DNA of 64,000 bases from an uncultured Gammaproteobacteria bacterium (GCA_964540285.1 CAZILW010000001.1:63703-127702); one strand, 5' to 3'; numbered from the stretch's first letter, positions 9,045 to 19,493 are shown. Made by a program: numbers and translations. The notes: generated by a model from the sequence alone, not told the origin.

Positions 9045-9656
9045 TTATTCAACTGTCTTCTCTTCTTTCTTTTCTGCTGCAGGCGCTGTTTCGACTGGCT
9101 TTTCCTCTACAACAACCTCCTCCTTAGGCTCAATTACTGTAACCACTGAATCGTCTGGATTGTTAAAAATTTTAAAACTGGCAGGGACCTTAATATCTTT
9201 AACATGAATAGCCTGACCAAATTCTAAAATAGTCGAGATATCAACTGTTATGTGATCAAGTAAGTCACCAGGTAAACATTCTACTGATAATTCGTCTAAG
9301 TTTTTAACCAATAAACCACCCAACTCTTTAACAGCCTTTGATTCTCCAATAAATTGCAAAGGAATTTCAGCTGAAACAACCCTGTTCATATCAACTTGAT
9401 AAAAATCAACATGAATAACAAAATTTTTAACAGGATCTTTTTGAATTTCCTTAATTAAAACATTCTTTTTTTCGCCATCAATTTCTAATTCAATCAAATT
9501 AGATTCTCCAGCTAAAGAATAAACCTTTGCAAATTCATTGGCTTTAAGTTTTAAGGTTTTGTTTTCCACGCCCAATCCATAAAGAACGCCAGCAACAAAA
9601 TCTCTTCCCAACTTTTCACCTTTCTCTCTTTTTTCTGCTTTTAGTTTAATTTCCAT
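9045..9656 (-). CDS. rplY: 50S ribosomal protein L25/Ctc
   Basis: GVLYG, IQKDPV, HVDFY and the Ctc C-terminal domain. Confidence 0.93.
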   Translation of the reverse strand: MEIKLKAEKREKGEKLGRDFVAGVLYGLGVENKTLKLKANEFAKVYSLAGESNLIELEIDGEKKNVLIKEIQKDPVKNFVIHVDFYQVDMNRVVSAEIPLQFIGESKAVKELGGLLVKNLDELSVECLPGDLLDHITVDISTILEFGQAIHVKDIKVPASFKIFNNPDDSVVTVIEPKEEVVVEEKPVETAPAAEKKEEKTVE

Positions 9657-9704
9657 ATATTTTAATTTAATATTAAAAGCTAATTATTTTAAGCTTTAAT
9701 TTTA

Positions 9705-10805
9705 TTATGATTTTGATTTAATAATTATATTTTGAACTATTCCTATTAAAATAAAACTAGCCAAAGTAGCGCTGCCACCATAGCTAACGAATGGGAGCGA
9801 AATTCCAACAACTGGCACCACTCCAACATTCATACCAATATTAATAAACATTTGAATAAAAATCAAGACCAAGGCACCCAAAACAAAAAAAATGGCAAAA
9901 TCATCATTCATTTTCCTAATTAACACCAATAATCTAGAGAATAAAATAAAATAAATAATCAAAACCAATCCAGCTCCTAAAAAACCCAACTCTTCCGAAA
10001 TAACAGAAAAAATAAAATCATTTTGAGCTTCTGGTAAAAATTTTAATTGAGACTGAGAACCAAAACCAACCCCTCGACCAGTAAGACCTCCGGATCCAAC
10101 CGCAATCAAAGCTTGGGAAACATTATAGCCCTCACCCAAAGAATCAGCCGTAGGGTTAAGAAGGGTTAATATTCTATTTTTTTGATAATCTTTTAAATAA
10201 AAATTCCAAGATAAAAAAGCTAAAAGAAAAAATGGAATAATAATTAAAAGCAAATATTTTTTATCCATTCCGGCCAAAATAAGCATTATAAACCATAAAG
10301 CCAGCATAATCATTGATGGTCCAAAGTCTGGCTGAAGTAAAACTAAAAAAACAAGAAAAAAAGACCCAAGAAAAGAAAGACTTAGCATTCTAAATGGTCT
10401 GTTCTTAAAAATAGAATTAGAAAAAAAACTAGACAGAAAAATTATAAGAATTATTTTAACAAATTCAACTGGCTGAAGGCTAAAACCAAAAATATCAAAC
10501 CAACCGGTTGTCCCCCTAACTGTTTTTCCTAAAAATAAAACAGCCACCAATAAAAATACTCCTAATATATAAATATACTTATTAAGACTTTTAATTAAAC
10601 TATAATCAACAAAGGAGGTAAAAAAAAGCAAAAAAACACCAAGAACAATGTAAAATATTTGCTTCTTAAAATTTATAAGACTGACAGTTTCCTGCCCGAG
10701 AGCAATACTATATATCTCAATCAAACCAAAAAGAGACAATAAAAAAACAGCAGAAAAAATAATCCAATCGAATTTCAAAAAATGTTCTTTGATTCTTGCA
10801 AGCAT
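9705..10805 (-). CDS. rodA: Rod shape-determining protein RodA (SEDS family)
   Basis: QPVEFVK, LQPDFG, GYNVSQALIAVGSGG, FLPEAQNDF and LPFVSYGGS motifs. Confidence 0.9.
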   Translation of the reverse strand: MLARIKEHFLKFDWIIFSAVFLLSLFGLIEIYSIALGQETVSLINFKKQIFYIVLGVFLLFFTSFVDYSLIKSLNKYIYILGVFLLVAVLFLGKTVRGTTGWFDIFGFSLQPVEFVKIILIIFLSSFFSNSIFKNRPFRMLSLSFLGSFFLVFLVLLQPDFGPSMIMLALWFIMLILAGMDKKYLLLIIIPFFLLAFLSWNFYLKDYQKNRILTLLNPTADSLGEGYNVSQALIAVGSGGLTGRGVGFGSQSQLKFLPEAQNDFIFSVISEELGFLGAGLVLIIYFILFSRLLVLIRKMNDDFAIFFVLGALVLIFIQMFINIGMNVGVVPVVGISLPFVSYGGSATLASFILIGIVQNIIIKSKS

Positions 10806-10814
10806 TCAGTTATA

Positions 10815-11588
10815 TTAATGAAAATGAAATAAAAACTTTATTAAAATCATAAGACCTAGTCCAAGAAAAATTCCACCTAATTGACTTAAGGTTTTTTTCA
10901 TAGAACATTCCTTTTTTAATTCTGGAATAAGATCAGAAGATGCAATATAAATAAATCCTCCAGCAGTTATTGGAATTATAAAGTCTATAAAGCCTTCAGA
11001 ATAAAAACTAAAAACTATGGCTATTAAGGCGCCCAACAAAGAAAAAAGACCAGAAAGAAAGTTAAACAATAAGGCTTTTTTAACTTTGTAACCAGCGTGA
11101 ATTAAAACTCCAAAATCACCTATTTCTTGAGGTATTTCATGACTAATAACAGCAATTGTGGTTACTATCCCCAAGTTAACATCCAATAAAAAAGCTCCGG
11201 CAATAATCATTCCGTCAATTAAATTATGTAAAGCATCACCAATTAAATTCATCTTACCAACTGGATGAATATGATCCTCTGAAGTTGGAATATGACAATG
11301 ACGCCAGTGTATTATTTTCTCTAAAATAAAAAATAATACAATGCCACCCAAAACACCAAACCAAACAAAATCAGTATGATCATGACCGAACTGATGAGAT
11401 TTTTCTAAAATTTCTGGAAGTAAGTGTAAAAATGCATCGCCCAAAAGAGCTCCGGCCGATAAACTAACCAAAAACATTATTATTTTTTTTAACCTTCCCA
11501 AAGACAAGCTCAAGAAAAAAACTCCTATTAAAGAAAATAAAGAGGTTACAAAAGAAGCAATAATTATATAGAGATGAATATTAGTCAT
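10815..11588 (-). CDS. ZIP family metal transporter
   Basis: GDALHNLIDG and HEIPQEIGDF motifs. Confidence 0.93.
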   Translation of the reverse strand: MTNIHLYIIIASFVTSLFSLIGVFFLSLSLGRLKKIIMFLVSLSAGALLGDAFLHLLPEILEKSHQFGHDHTDFVWFGVLGGIVLFFILEKIIHWRHCHIPTSEDHIHPVGKMNLIGDALHNLIDGMIIAGAFLLDVNLGIVTTIAVISHEIPQEIGDFGVLIHAGYKVKKALLFNFLSGLFSLLGALIAIVFSFYSEGFIDFIIPITAGGFIYIASSDLIPELKKECSMKKTLSQLGGIFLGLGLMILIKFLFHFH

Positions 11589-11622
11589 AAAAATTCTTAT
11601 TTTTATTTTTTTAATTTTTTAA

Positions 11623-12084
11623 TTATTTCTTCTTATTTTCTTTTTTCTTCTTATTTTCTTTTAAAACAGACTTTTTGACCAATGGTTTCTTTTTGGCTAA
11701 GTCAATATTTTTATTCTTTTTTTCGAACTCAGAGATTACCTTTTTTAAACCCTCTACTGCCAAGACAGAACAATGAACTTTTTGTTTAGGCAAACCATTA
11801 AGCTCAGAAACAATTTTGTTCCAATCAAACTTTTTAGCCTCCTCTAGAGTTTTTCCTTTGACCATTTCAGTCATCACTGAGGCAGTTGCGATATTGGAAG
11901 CACAACCAAAAGATAAAAATTTTATATCTTTTATTTTTTGATTCTTTACTTTAAGAGTAAAAAATAATTGATCACCACAAACCATATTTCCCACTTCAGC
12001 TACGGCATCTGGGTTTTTTATTTCGCCAATATTTTTTGGTTGACGAAAATGTTTTAACGTTTTTTTACTATAATTTAATGACAT
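11623..12084 (-). CDS. iscU: Fe-S cluster scaffold IscU/NifU-N
   Basis: HFRQPKNIG, CGD, FGCASNIA and KVHCSVLA motifs. Confidence 0.9.
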   Translation of the reverse strand: MSLNYSKKTLKHFRQPKNIGEIKNPDAVAEVGNMVCGDQLFFTLKVKNQKIKDIKFLSFGCASNIATASVMTEMVKGKTLEEAKKFDWNKIVSELNGLPKQKVHCSVLAVEGLKKVISEFEKKNKNIDLAKKKPLVKKSVLKENKKKKENKKK

Positions 12085-12230
12085 ATATTTTATTATTGAC
12101 TAAGTATTATTTATAATTTAACATATAATTAAGATGAGATTCGAGGTGAAAAAAATTAGGTTGGAGCTAATAACAATTTAACACACCAAAACAATCTCAA
12201 ATCCCGACCCACATTTTTTCGTGGGTCTTT

Positions 12231-13385
12231 TTATTTAACAGAACTAAACTTTCTAAGACGGCCAACTGTTTTTATCAACTCTTTCACAACTCTATCAACC
12301 TCTTTTTTATTGTTATACCTTCCGAATGTAAAGCGAATATTGCTATTCATATATTCATCGCTTACCCCGATGGCCTTAATGACCGAAGAAACTCTTAAAT
12401 TTTGAGCAGAACAAGCTGAACCGGTCGAAACATGAATTCCCTTAAGAGATAAATCAATTAAAATCGCCTCTCCCTCTATTCCTTCAAACATAACATTTAA
12501 ACTGTTTGGTGTTTTATACTTCAAGTCTCCATTTAATCGAATATTTTTAATATTCTTTTTTAACTCTTTCCAAAAATAATCTCTTATTTGTTTTACCTCT
12601 TTCAGGTATTTATCTCTCTCTTGATAAGCAATTTTTAAAGACTCAGTTAATCCAACAATCCCAGCCATATTATAAGTGCCCGACCTTAGACCATCTTCTT
12701 GTCCCCCGCCAACGATAATTGGTTTTATTTTTATATTCTTATTAACATAGGCCAAACCGACCCCCTGCGGTCCATAAAATTTATGAGCTGATAAGCTTAA
12801 AAAATCTACTTGCCATTTTTTAATATCAATTTTTAAATATGGAACGGCTTGAACGGCATCAGTATGAAAATAAATATTTTTTTCTTTGGCAATTTTACCA
12901 ATTTCAACTATTGGTTGAATAGAACCAATTTCATTATTAACCGTCATAACTGAAATCAAAACTGTTTCTGCTTTTATTTTTTTCTTTAATTCTTCCAAAA
13001 TCACTACCCCATTTTTATCAACCGGAATATAGTCAAACTTAAAGCCTTCGTCTAAAAGTTCTCGAGCTGAAGACAAAACGCAAGGATGTTCAATAGCTGA
13101 AATTAAAAAATGATTACCTTTATCGGTATTAGCCCTCATCACCCCCTTGATTATTAAATTATTAGCCTCAGTGGCGCTAGAAGTAAAAACTATATTATTT
13201 TGATCTCCATTTATAATTTTAGCTATTTCTTTTTTACATTCAGCAACTTTTAAATCATTTTCCTGACCCATAAAATGTATTGAAGAGACATTGCCGTATT
13301 TATCTTCAAAATAAGGCATCATCTTTTTCAATACTCTTTTGTCTATTTTAGTAGTAGCAGCATTATCTAGATAAATATTTGCCAT
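12231..13385 (-). CDS. iscS: Cysteine desulfurase
   Basis: YLDNAATT, HTDAVQ, SAHKFYGP and STGSAC motifs. Confidence 0.93.
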   Translation of the reverse strand: MANIYLDNAATTKIDKRVLKKMMPYFEDKYGNVSSIHFMGQENDLKVAECKKEIAKIINGDQNNIVFTSSATEANNLIIKGVMRANTDKGNHFLISAIEHPCVLSSARELLDEGFKFDYIPVDKNGVVILEELKKKIKAETVLISVMTVNNEIGSIQPIVEIGKIAKEKNIYFHTDAVQAVPYLKIDIKKWQVDFLSLSAHKFYGPQGVGLAYVNKNIKIKPIIVGGGQEDGLRSGTYNMAGIVGLTESLKIAYQERDKYLKEVKQIRDYFWKELKKNIKNIRLNGDLKYKTPNSLNVMFEGIEGEAILIDLSLKGIHVSTGSACSAQNLRVSSVIKAIGVSDEYMNSNIRFTFGRYNNKKEVDRVVKELIKTVGRLRKFSSVK

Positions 13386-13389
13386 ATAT

Positions 13390-14091
13390 TTATTTTAATA
13401 TAACTCTTTCAATCACAACATCTTTCATCGGTCTATCACTTCCGTCAGTATCAACTAAAGAAATTTTATCAACCACTTCCATGCCAGAAATTATTTTACC
13501 AAAAACTGGATGTTTACTTGAAAGTGGCTCTTTGTCAAAATCTAAAAAAGTATTATCTTTAACGTTGATAAAAAATTGAGAACCACCGGAATTTGGACCA
13601 GAGTTAGCCATCGAAATAGTGCCTCTTAAATTACTAAGCTCTGGACCAGAAACATGTTCGTCAGAAATTGCATAACCAGGTCCGCCAGTTCCCCACATAG
13701 CCACCATTGAATCGTCTTTTGTCAGAGGATCACCACCTTGAATCATAAAATCAGCAATTACTCTATGAAACTTAATTCCATCAAAATATCCACTTTCAGC
13801 TAAATTCAAAAAATTAGCGACAGTTTCAGGCATTTTTTCATTAAAAAACTCAATTGTGAAACTACCTTCACTGGTTTGAAATTCAACTTGAGAATATTTT
13901 TTTAAAATATCTCTATTTGTCATTTCTTCTTTATTTAATTTAATCATATTTTTTTGATTATTAATTATTAAATTATTATTTTTATTTGAATTTTGACTAT
14001 AATCAATTCTTTTTGGCTCTTGTTTACCACAAGCAGATAAAATAAAAATTGATAAAAACAAAATTGTTGAAATAAATATTTTTTTGTTCAT
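13390..14091 (-). CDS. Cyclophilin-type PPIase, probable lipoprotein (start reassigned to MNKKIF)
   Basis: FHRVIADFMIQGGDP, SMANSGPN and HPVFG motifs; lipobox LSAC. Confidence 0.9.
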   Translation of the reverse strand: MNKKIFISTILFLSIFILSACGKQEPKRIDYSQNSNKNNNLIINNQKNMIKLNKEEMTNRDILKKYSQVEFQTSEGSFTIEFFNEKMPETVANFLNLAESGYFDGIKFHRVIADFMIQGGDPLTKDDSMVAMWGTGGPGYAISDEHVSGPELSNLRGTISMANSGPNSGGSQFFINVKDNTFLDFDKEPLSSKHPVFGKIISGMEVVDKISLVDTDGSDRPMKDVVIERVILK

Positions 14092-14116
14092 ATTTTTTAT
14101 TATTAATTTTATTTTT

Positions 14117-15598
14117 TTAAACTTTAAATTTTTTCTTAATATTTTTATCGTCCTCACTTCTTTTTTCTTCAATAACTTCTTTGGCCTTTTCTCTTAATTC
14201 TTCTAAATTTAACTTATCAAGCTCTTTAACTCTTTTTATTAAAATTTCTTTCTCATTCAACTCTGGATTTTCCAAAACTTCTGCCAGCAAAACATCTAAA
14301 ATTGCCCCCATTTTTGGTCCTGGCTCCATTTTTAATTCGGATATCATAATATCACCATTTACTTTTAGCATCTTAACCGAAACTGGATCGTTTTGAACTT
14401 TCTCCATCATATACTGAAGATGACGAAGTTTGTATGGCATAGCCTTGGGCGTACCAGAACCCAAACGATCAGCAACCCTCAAATCAATCAAATCGCTCAA
14501 ATTTTCTCTTCCAGTTTTAGCAATAAGCCTTCTAACAGAAGCAGCAGTAACCTCTCCCACATTATAATAAAACATGTGATTTTTTACCAGATTAACCACC
14601 ATTTCAGTATCTTCTCTAGAAAATTTAAGTCTGTCCATTATTTTTCTAGTAATTTTTGCTCCAATATATTCATGATTATAAAAAGTTCTACCACCATTAA
14701 TAATCTTCATGGAAGCTGGTTTCCCTATATCATGCAAAAGAGCTGCTAGGCGAACCTGCCATTTTTTACTAGGACAAGATTTTAAAGACAATAAACTATG
14801 TCTTAAAACCGTATAAACATGGTGATGATTTTGCTCCATCTTTTCACCTAACAGAATTTCGGGAATTATATATTGCAGTAATTTCAAATCTTTTAACCTT
14901 TCAATTCCTTCCATAGCTTTGTCTGATGACAAAATTTTAACTAACTCATCTTTAATTCTTTCTTTGGCAATAAATTTTATACTACCAGCCATCTTAACAA
15001 TCGCCCTTTCCGTTTTTGGCTCTAAATCAAAGTTAAGTTGACAAGAAAATCGAACAGCTCTCATCATTCGAAGTGCATCTTCTTTAAAACGATCAAGAGG
15101 TTCACCAACAGCTCTGATAATTTTTAATTTAATATCCTTAAGACCTCCAAAAAAGTCTACTAAATAAAATTCCTGATCATTTATTTCTATTTTTTTAGAA
15201 TTATATTTCCCCTGATTCTTTCCTGGCAAACACAAAGCCATAGCATTTACTGTAAAGTCACGTCGAGACAAATCTTTATCTAACTCTTTTTCAAAAACGA
15301 CTTCGTCTGGTCGGCGATGGTCTCTGTATCCACTTTCACTTCGATAAGTTGTTATTTCTATCACCGAAATCGCCCTGTCATTTTCATCTCTCACTGGCAA
15401 TAAAACAGTACCAAAATCATTTTCATACCTAGCATCATCAAAAATCTTTAAAATATCTTCCGGCAAAGCATTGGTGGTAATATCAAAATCCTTAGGCTCT
15501 TTAGCCATAAGTAAGTCACGGACACAACCACCCACCAGGTAAGCCTCAAATCCATTTTCTTCAATTTTTCTTAATATTTCTAAAGATTTTTCAAACAT
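14117..15598 (-). CDS. cca: CCA tRNA nucleotidyltransferase with HD domain
   Basis: VGGCVRD, DFDITT, RRDFTVNA, EDALRMMR and LLHDIGK motifs. Confidence 0.92.
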   Translation of the reverse strand: MFEKSLEILRKIEENGFEAYLVGGCVRDLLMAKEPKDFDITTNALPEDILKIFDDARYENDFGTVLLPVRDENDRAISVIEITTYRSESGYRDHRRPDEVVFEKELDKDLSRRDFTVNAMALCLPGKNQGKYNSKKIEINDQEFYLVDFFGGLKDIKLKIIRAVGEPLDRFKEDALRMMRAVRFSCQLNFDLEPKTERAIVKMAGSIKFIAKERIKDELVKILSSDKAMEGIERLKDLKLLQYIIPEILLGEKMEQNHHHVYTVLRHSLLSLKSCPSKKWQVRLAALLHDIGKPASMKIINGGRTFYNHEYIGAKITRKIMDRLKFSREDTEMVVNLVKNHMFYYNVGEVTAASVRRLIAKTGRENLSDLIDLRVADRLGSGTPKAMPYKLRHLQYMMEKVQNDPVSVKMLKVNGDIMISELKMEPGPKMGAILDVLLAEVLENPELNEKEILIKRVKELDKLNLEELREKAKEVIEEKRSEDDKNIKKKFKV

Positions 15599-15700
15599 TT
15601 TAATATTTTTTTACTTATATAGCCAATATATTATATATTTTTTATTAGTCTTTGGCAAATAAAAATACCGGCCAAAACCGATATTTTATTTATCTGAAAA

Positions 15701-16489
15701 CTAAATTTTAGATTGTAAAAATAATAGCAATTCTTCAAATTTATTAACATTATTTAAAAGACTTAAATTATCTTGGTTCTTCAGTAGATTTTTAATATTT
15801 CCTTCCTGCTCTTTAAGAGATTTTAATATTTTATTCAAAATATTTTTACTTAAATCATCAGAATTTTTATTTTCACTCATATTTTTAACCAAAGAAATCA
15901 AGTCATCTTTAGTTAAACCCAAAAAGAAAGCTGGAATATTTTTCATTTTACTTATTTTTATTTTCTGATCATTATCAAGTTTTATACCGTAATCTAATTT
16001 AACTCCTCCTTTCAAGTTTATTTTCTCCACTTTTTCTCTTTTTTTATCAGAACCATCATTATCACCCATCCCCAAAACCTGATCAAAACCACAAACCACA
16101 AAACCAGTCTTTTTATCAACTAAAACATTATCAACTCCATGCTCGTAATCATCATACCTTGAAGACCTAACAACAATAAAACGATCACCTATTATTTTAT
16201 TTAAAAAAACAGTTATCGCTAATTCGGCCATTTGCGGAAAATCTTTTTTATCTCCATAAACTTCACTTTTTACAGAAACAATATCTTTGTGAAGTTTCTC
16301 GTCTTCACCTATCATCTTAATACTTCCGTCCTTTTCAATAAAATCTCCGTAAAAATCGTTAAACTCTTTAGATATTTTTTCTAATTCATTATTTAAAAAC
16401 CTAAAAGACTCTTCCATATTTATATGGGGCTTTTTATCTTTAGAAAATTGGTTCAAATCTATTTTTCCTAATATTTTTAATTCTGACAT
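15701..16489 (-). CDS. Hypothetical protein with an acidic nuclease-like motif
   Basis: 262-aa ORF; DDYEHGVDNVLVD...GFD is weakly PD-(D/E)XK-like. Confidence 0.6.
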   Translation of the reverse strand: MSELKILGKIDLNQFSKDKKPHINMEESFRFLNNELEKISKEFNDFYGDFIEKDGSIKMIGEDEKLHKDIVSVKSEVYGDKKDFPQMAELAITVFLNKIIGDRFIVVRSSRYDDYEHGVDNVLVDKKTGFVVCGFDQVLGMGDNDGSDKKREKVEKINLKGGVKLDYGIKLDNDQKIKISKMKNIPAFFLGLTKDDLISLVKNMSENKNSDDLSKNILNKILKSLKEQEGNIKNLLKNQDNLSLLNNVNKFEELLLFLQSKI

Positions 16490-16504
16490 AAATTTATAAA
16501 TTAT

Positions 16505-19015
16505 TTAATTTAATAAAGTAGTAAAAGCAACAACATTACCATAAGAAATTCCCTTCTCGTTCACAGCATAAGCTCTGAAATAATAAGTCGTGTTAGGATG
16601 TAAAATATCAATAGTTTTGCTAAATACTGAATTATGATTGGTTATTCTAATAATATTTACATTGTTGGAGATATATTCAAGATTATTATGATCGGCCCAA
16701 ATAATTCCTCTGGCATAAACCGTACCACCTCCATTGGCCGTCACCTGACCATTTAATGTGGCTACATTAGCGGTCAAATTGGTAGCTGACTCAGTGGACA
16801 CGGTAGGAAGAGATATTGCAGGAAAGTCTTCTCCTTTTATGCACCTAACGGAAATGCCACTATAGTCGTACGCATTGTTATATATTGGATTAACGTCAGT
16901 ATTTGTTAAAATATAGTAACGAGTAGTGCTAAGAGTAGCAATTGATAATGTCCAAAAATTAGCCCGAGTTCCAATATAGGAAAAATTAGTCGTCTTAATT
17001 CCGGATGGTAAAATTGAAAAATTAAAATAATTAGTACCAACAGAAGAAGAATTGTCCCAACGAGGATGATCACTAACATTACAAACACCGCCTAAGGAAG
17101 AATCGACCATTCTACAAGATTTTAAGGTTAGAGAATTGTTTGATCCAATGGAATTATTAAGCTCAACAAAATCAGAGTAAAAAGGAACTCTCCATCCAGG
17201 CGGACAAATTCTTCTAGGGTCAGAAACGGCTAACATTGAATAAAGTTTTCCGTAGGATGCATAACTAGAATTATCCTCATAAAAAGTCCAAACAGGATAA
17301 TTTAAATTAGACCAAGAACCAGCCTGGTTTGTAATAGAATCTCCATTTCTAAATTTGTCCGTTCTTAGGTTTTCGGCGAGCCAACATTTAGTTCCAACAC
17401 CTATTGTTTGATAAATGTATCCGTTGTAATCAACTGCATAACTCCCAACACAAGGATCTAGGGTAGTAAAAGCAACAACATTACCATAAGAAATTCCCTT
17501 CTCGTTCACAGCATAAGCTCTGAAATAATAAGTCGTGTTAGGATGTAAAATATCAATAGTTTTGCTAAATACTGAATTATGATTGGTTATTCTAATAATA
17601 TTTACATTGTTGGAGATATATTCAAGATTATTATGATCGGCCCAAATAATTCCTCTGGCATAAACCGTACCACCTCCATTGGCCGTCACCTGACCATTTA
17701 ATGTGGCTACATTAGCGGTCAAATTGGTAGCTGACTCAGTGGACACGGTAGGAAGAGATATTGCAGGAAAGTCTTCTCCTTTTATGCACCTAACGGAAAT
17801 GCCACTATAGTCGTACGCATTGTTATATATTGGATTAACGTCAGTATTTGTTAAAATATAGTAACGAGTAGTGCTAAGAGTAGCAATTGATAATGTCCAA
17901 AAATTAGCCCGAGTTCCAATATAGGAAAAATTAGTCGTCTTAATTCCGGATGGTAAAATTGAAAAATTAAAATAATTAGTACCAACAGAAGAAGAATTGT
18001 CCCAACGAGGATGATCACTAACATTACAAACACCGCCTAAGGAAGAATCGACCATTCTACAAGATTTTAAGGTTAGAGAATTGTTTGATCCAATGGAATT
18101 ATTAAGCTCAACAAAATCAGAGTAAAAAGGAACTCTCCATCCAGGCGGACAAATTCTTCTAGGGTCAGAAACGGCTAACATTGAATAAAGTTTTCCGTAG
18201 GATGCATAACTAGAATTATCCTCATAAAAAGTCCAAACAGGATAATTTAAATTAGACCAAGAACCAGCCTGGTTTGTAATAGAATCTCCATTTCTAAATT
18301 TGTCCGTTCTTAGGTTTTCGGCGAGCCAACATTGATTACCTATAACAACAGTTTTATAATTATAACCATTATAAACAATACTTTGACCACAATTTAAAGA
18401 GTCAACAACACATTCACCACCCTGACAAACATAACCATTATTACAAGATGGCTCACATAAATACTGGGAATCTATCAAATCAAAACTATTGTTAGTTTCT
18501 TCGCCACTATTGTTCTGATCACCAGGCTCATCACCGCCACCATTATTATCACCACCACTATTATCTCCCAAGCAGTCATAATTCATTATACCTCCAGGAG
18601 TAGCACATTTTAAACCTTCAGATAGGTTAGAGACATCATTTCCTAGACAAAATGATAAAGTGTAGGTAGAATTATCTTCGCTTACTTGATAGTAGAAGTT
18701 ATTTTGACTGGCATCACATACTCCATCAGCTGGATAAGGAGCAGAAGGAATATTATACATAAGTACTTGACCACTGGAAGTAATAAGAGAACCGCTTAAC
18801 CATTCTTCTTCAGTAGGATATCTTCCCTGTTCATTAAAAAATAATTCTAGGGCTGTTTGAGCTTGTTTTATATCAGCTAGTCTTTTACTATCACGAGCTC
18901 TAGAGCGAGCTTGTTGTAGGGCTACCACAGCTAGAGTAGCAAGTATTCCAATAATAGCTATTACTACTAATAACTCGACGAGAGTGAAGGCTTTTTTATA
19001 CTTTATTGGATTCAT
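16505..19015 (-). CDS. Pilin-headed adhesin-like protein: pilin, linker, Cys-rich unit, then [Fib_succ_major + FN3-like] x2
   Basis: KKA|FTLVELL signal; IGNQCWLAENLR, YGKLY, ICPPGWRVP and SVRCIK (Fib_succ_major/TIGR02145-like); TTYYFRAYAVN (FN3-like). Confidence 0.85.
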   Translation of the reverse strand: MNPIKYKKAFTLVELLVVIAIIGILATLAVVALQQARSRARDSKRLADIKQAQTALELFFNEQGRYPTEEEWLSGSLITSSGQVLMYNIPSAPYPADGVCDASQNNFYYQVSEDNSTYTLSFCLGNDVSNLSEGLKCATPGGIMNYDCLGDNSGGDNNGGGDEPGDQNNSGEETNNSFDLIDSQYLCEPSCNNGYVCQGGECVVDSLNCGQSIVYNGYNYKTVVIGNQCWLAENLRTDKFRNGDSITNQAGSWSNLNYPVWTFYEDNSSYASYGKLYSMLAVSDPRRICPPGWRVPFYSDFVELNNSIGSNNSLTLKSCRMVDSSLGGVCNVSDHPRWDNSSSVGTNYFNFSILPSGIKTTNFSYIGTRANFWTLSIATLSTTRYYILTNTDVNPIYNNAYDYSGISVRCIKGEDFPAISLPTVSTESATNLTANVATLNGQVTANGGGTVYARGIIWADHNNLEYISNNVNIIRITNHNSVFSKTIDILHPNTTYYFRAYAVNEKGISYGNVVAFTTLDPCVGSYAVDYNGYIYQTIGVGTKCWLAENLRTDKFRNGDSITNQAGSWSNLNYPVWTFYEDNSSYASYGKLYSMLAVSDPRRICPPGWRVPFYSDFVELNNSIGSNNSLTLKSCRMVDSSLGGVCNVSDHPRWDNSSSVGTNYFNFSILPSGIKTTNFSYIGTRANFWTLSIATLSTTRYYILTNTDVNPIYNNAYDYSGISVRCIKGEDFPAISLPTVSTESATNLTANVATLNGQVTANGGGTVYARGIIWADHNNLEYISNNVNIIRITNHNSVFSKTIDILHPNTTYYFRAYAVNEKGISYGNVVAFTTLLN
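16518..18333. repeat. 871-bp direct repeat inside the adhesin gene (16518-17388 and 17463-18333), period 945 bp
   Basis: Copies identical by eye; shadow ORFs at 16906 and 17851 translate identically. Confidence 0.92.
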
Positions 19016-19025
19016 TTATATAAAA

Positions 19026-19142
19026 TTAATTATTTCTTTTTTCAAACTTTTCACTCTTCTTTTCTTTTAATCTCTCAAAAATTAAATAAACCAAAACAAC
19101 AGAAAAAATAAGAATAAAAATAAAATCCCAAAAATTAAACAT
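19026..19142 (-). CDS. 38-aa single-pass membrane protein (not in the ORF track)
   Basis: My translation: MFNFWDFIFILIFSVVLVYLIFERLKEKKSEKFEKRNN; 10-bp gaps to both neighbours. Confidence 0.7.
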   Translation of the reverse strand: MFNFWDFIFILIFSVVLVYLIFERLKEKKSEKFEKRNN

Positions 19143-19152
19143 ATTTTTACAA

Positions 19153-19467
19153 TTATTTAAGTTTGACAGCTGTTCCATAAGCGAGTATCTCTGAAGCCCC
19201 TTGGGTAATCATGGAGGTGTTTAGCTTCATGCCAATTATAGCATCAGCCCCCAACCTTCTTGCATCCTCTTCCATTCTATAGATAGCTTCCTCTCTGGAC
19301 TCAGCTTGTAATTTTGTATATTCACTTATTTCTCCTCCAACAATATTTTTTAAACCAGCAAAAATATCACGACCAATATTTCTAGCCCTGACAGTACCAC
19401 CCCGAACAACACCCAAAATTTCTTTTATCTCCCTTCCAGGAATTTGCTCTCCCGTTGTAATAATCAT
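19153..19467 (-). CDS. YbjQ/UPF0145 family protein
   Basis: GRDIFAGLKNIVGGEI and EILAYGTAV motifs. Confidence 0.92.
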   Translation of the reverse strand: MIITTGEQIPGREIKEILGVVRGGTVRARNIGRDIFAGLKNIVGGEISEYTKLQAESREEAIYRMEEDARRLGADAIIGMKLNTSMITQGASEILAYGTAVKLK

Positions 19468-19493
19468 AAAATTTGAAATTATTTTTTAAAAAA

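Noticed and set aside
16906-18033. Two identical 60-aa ORFs
   Set aside because: Alternate-frame shadows of the duplicated adhesin segment.
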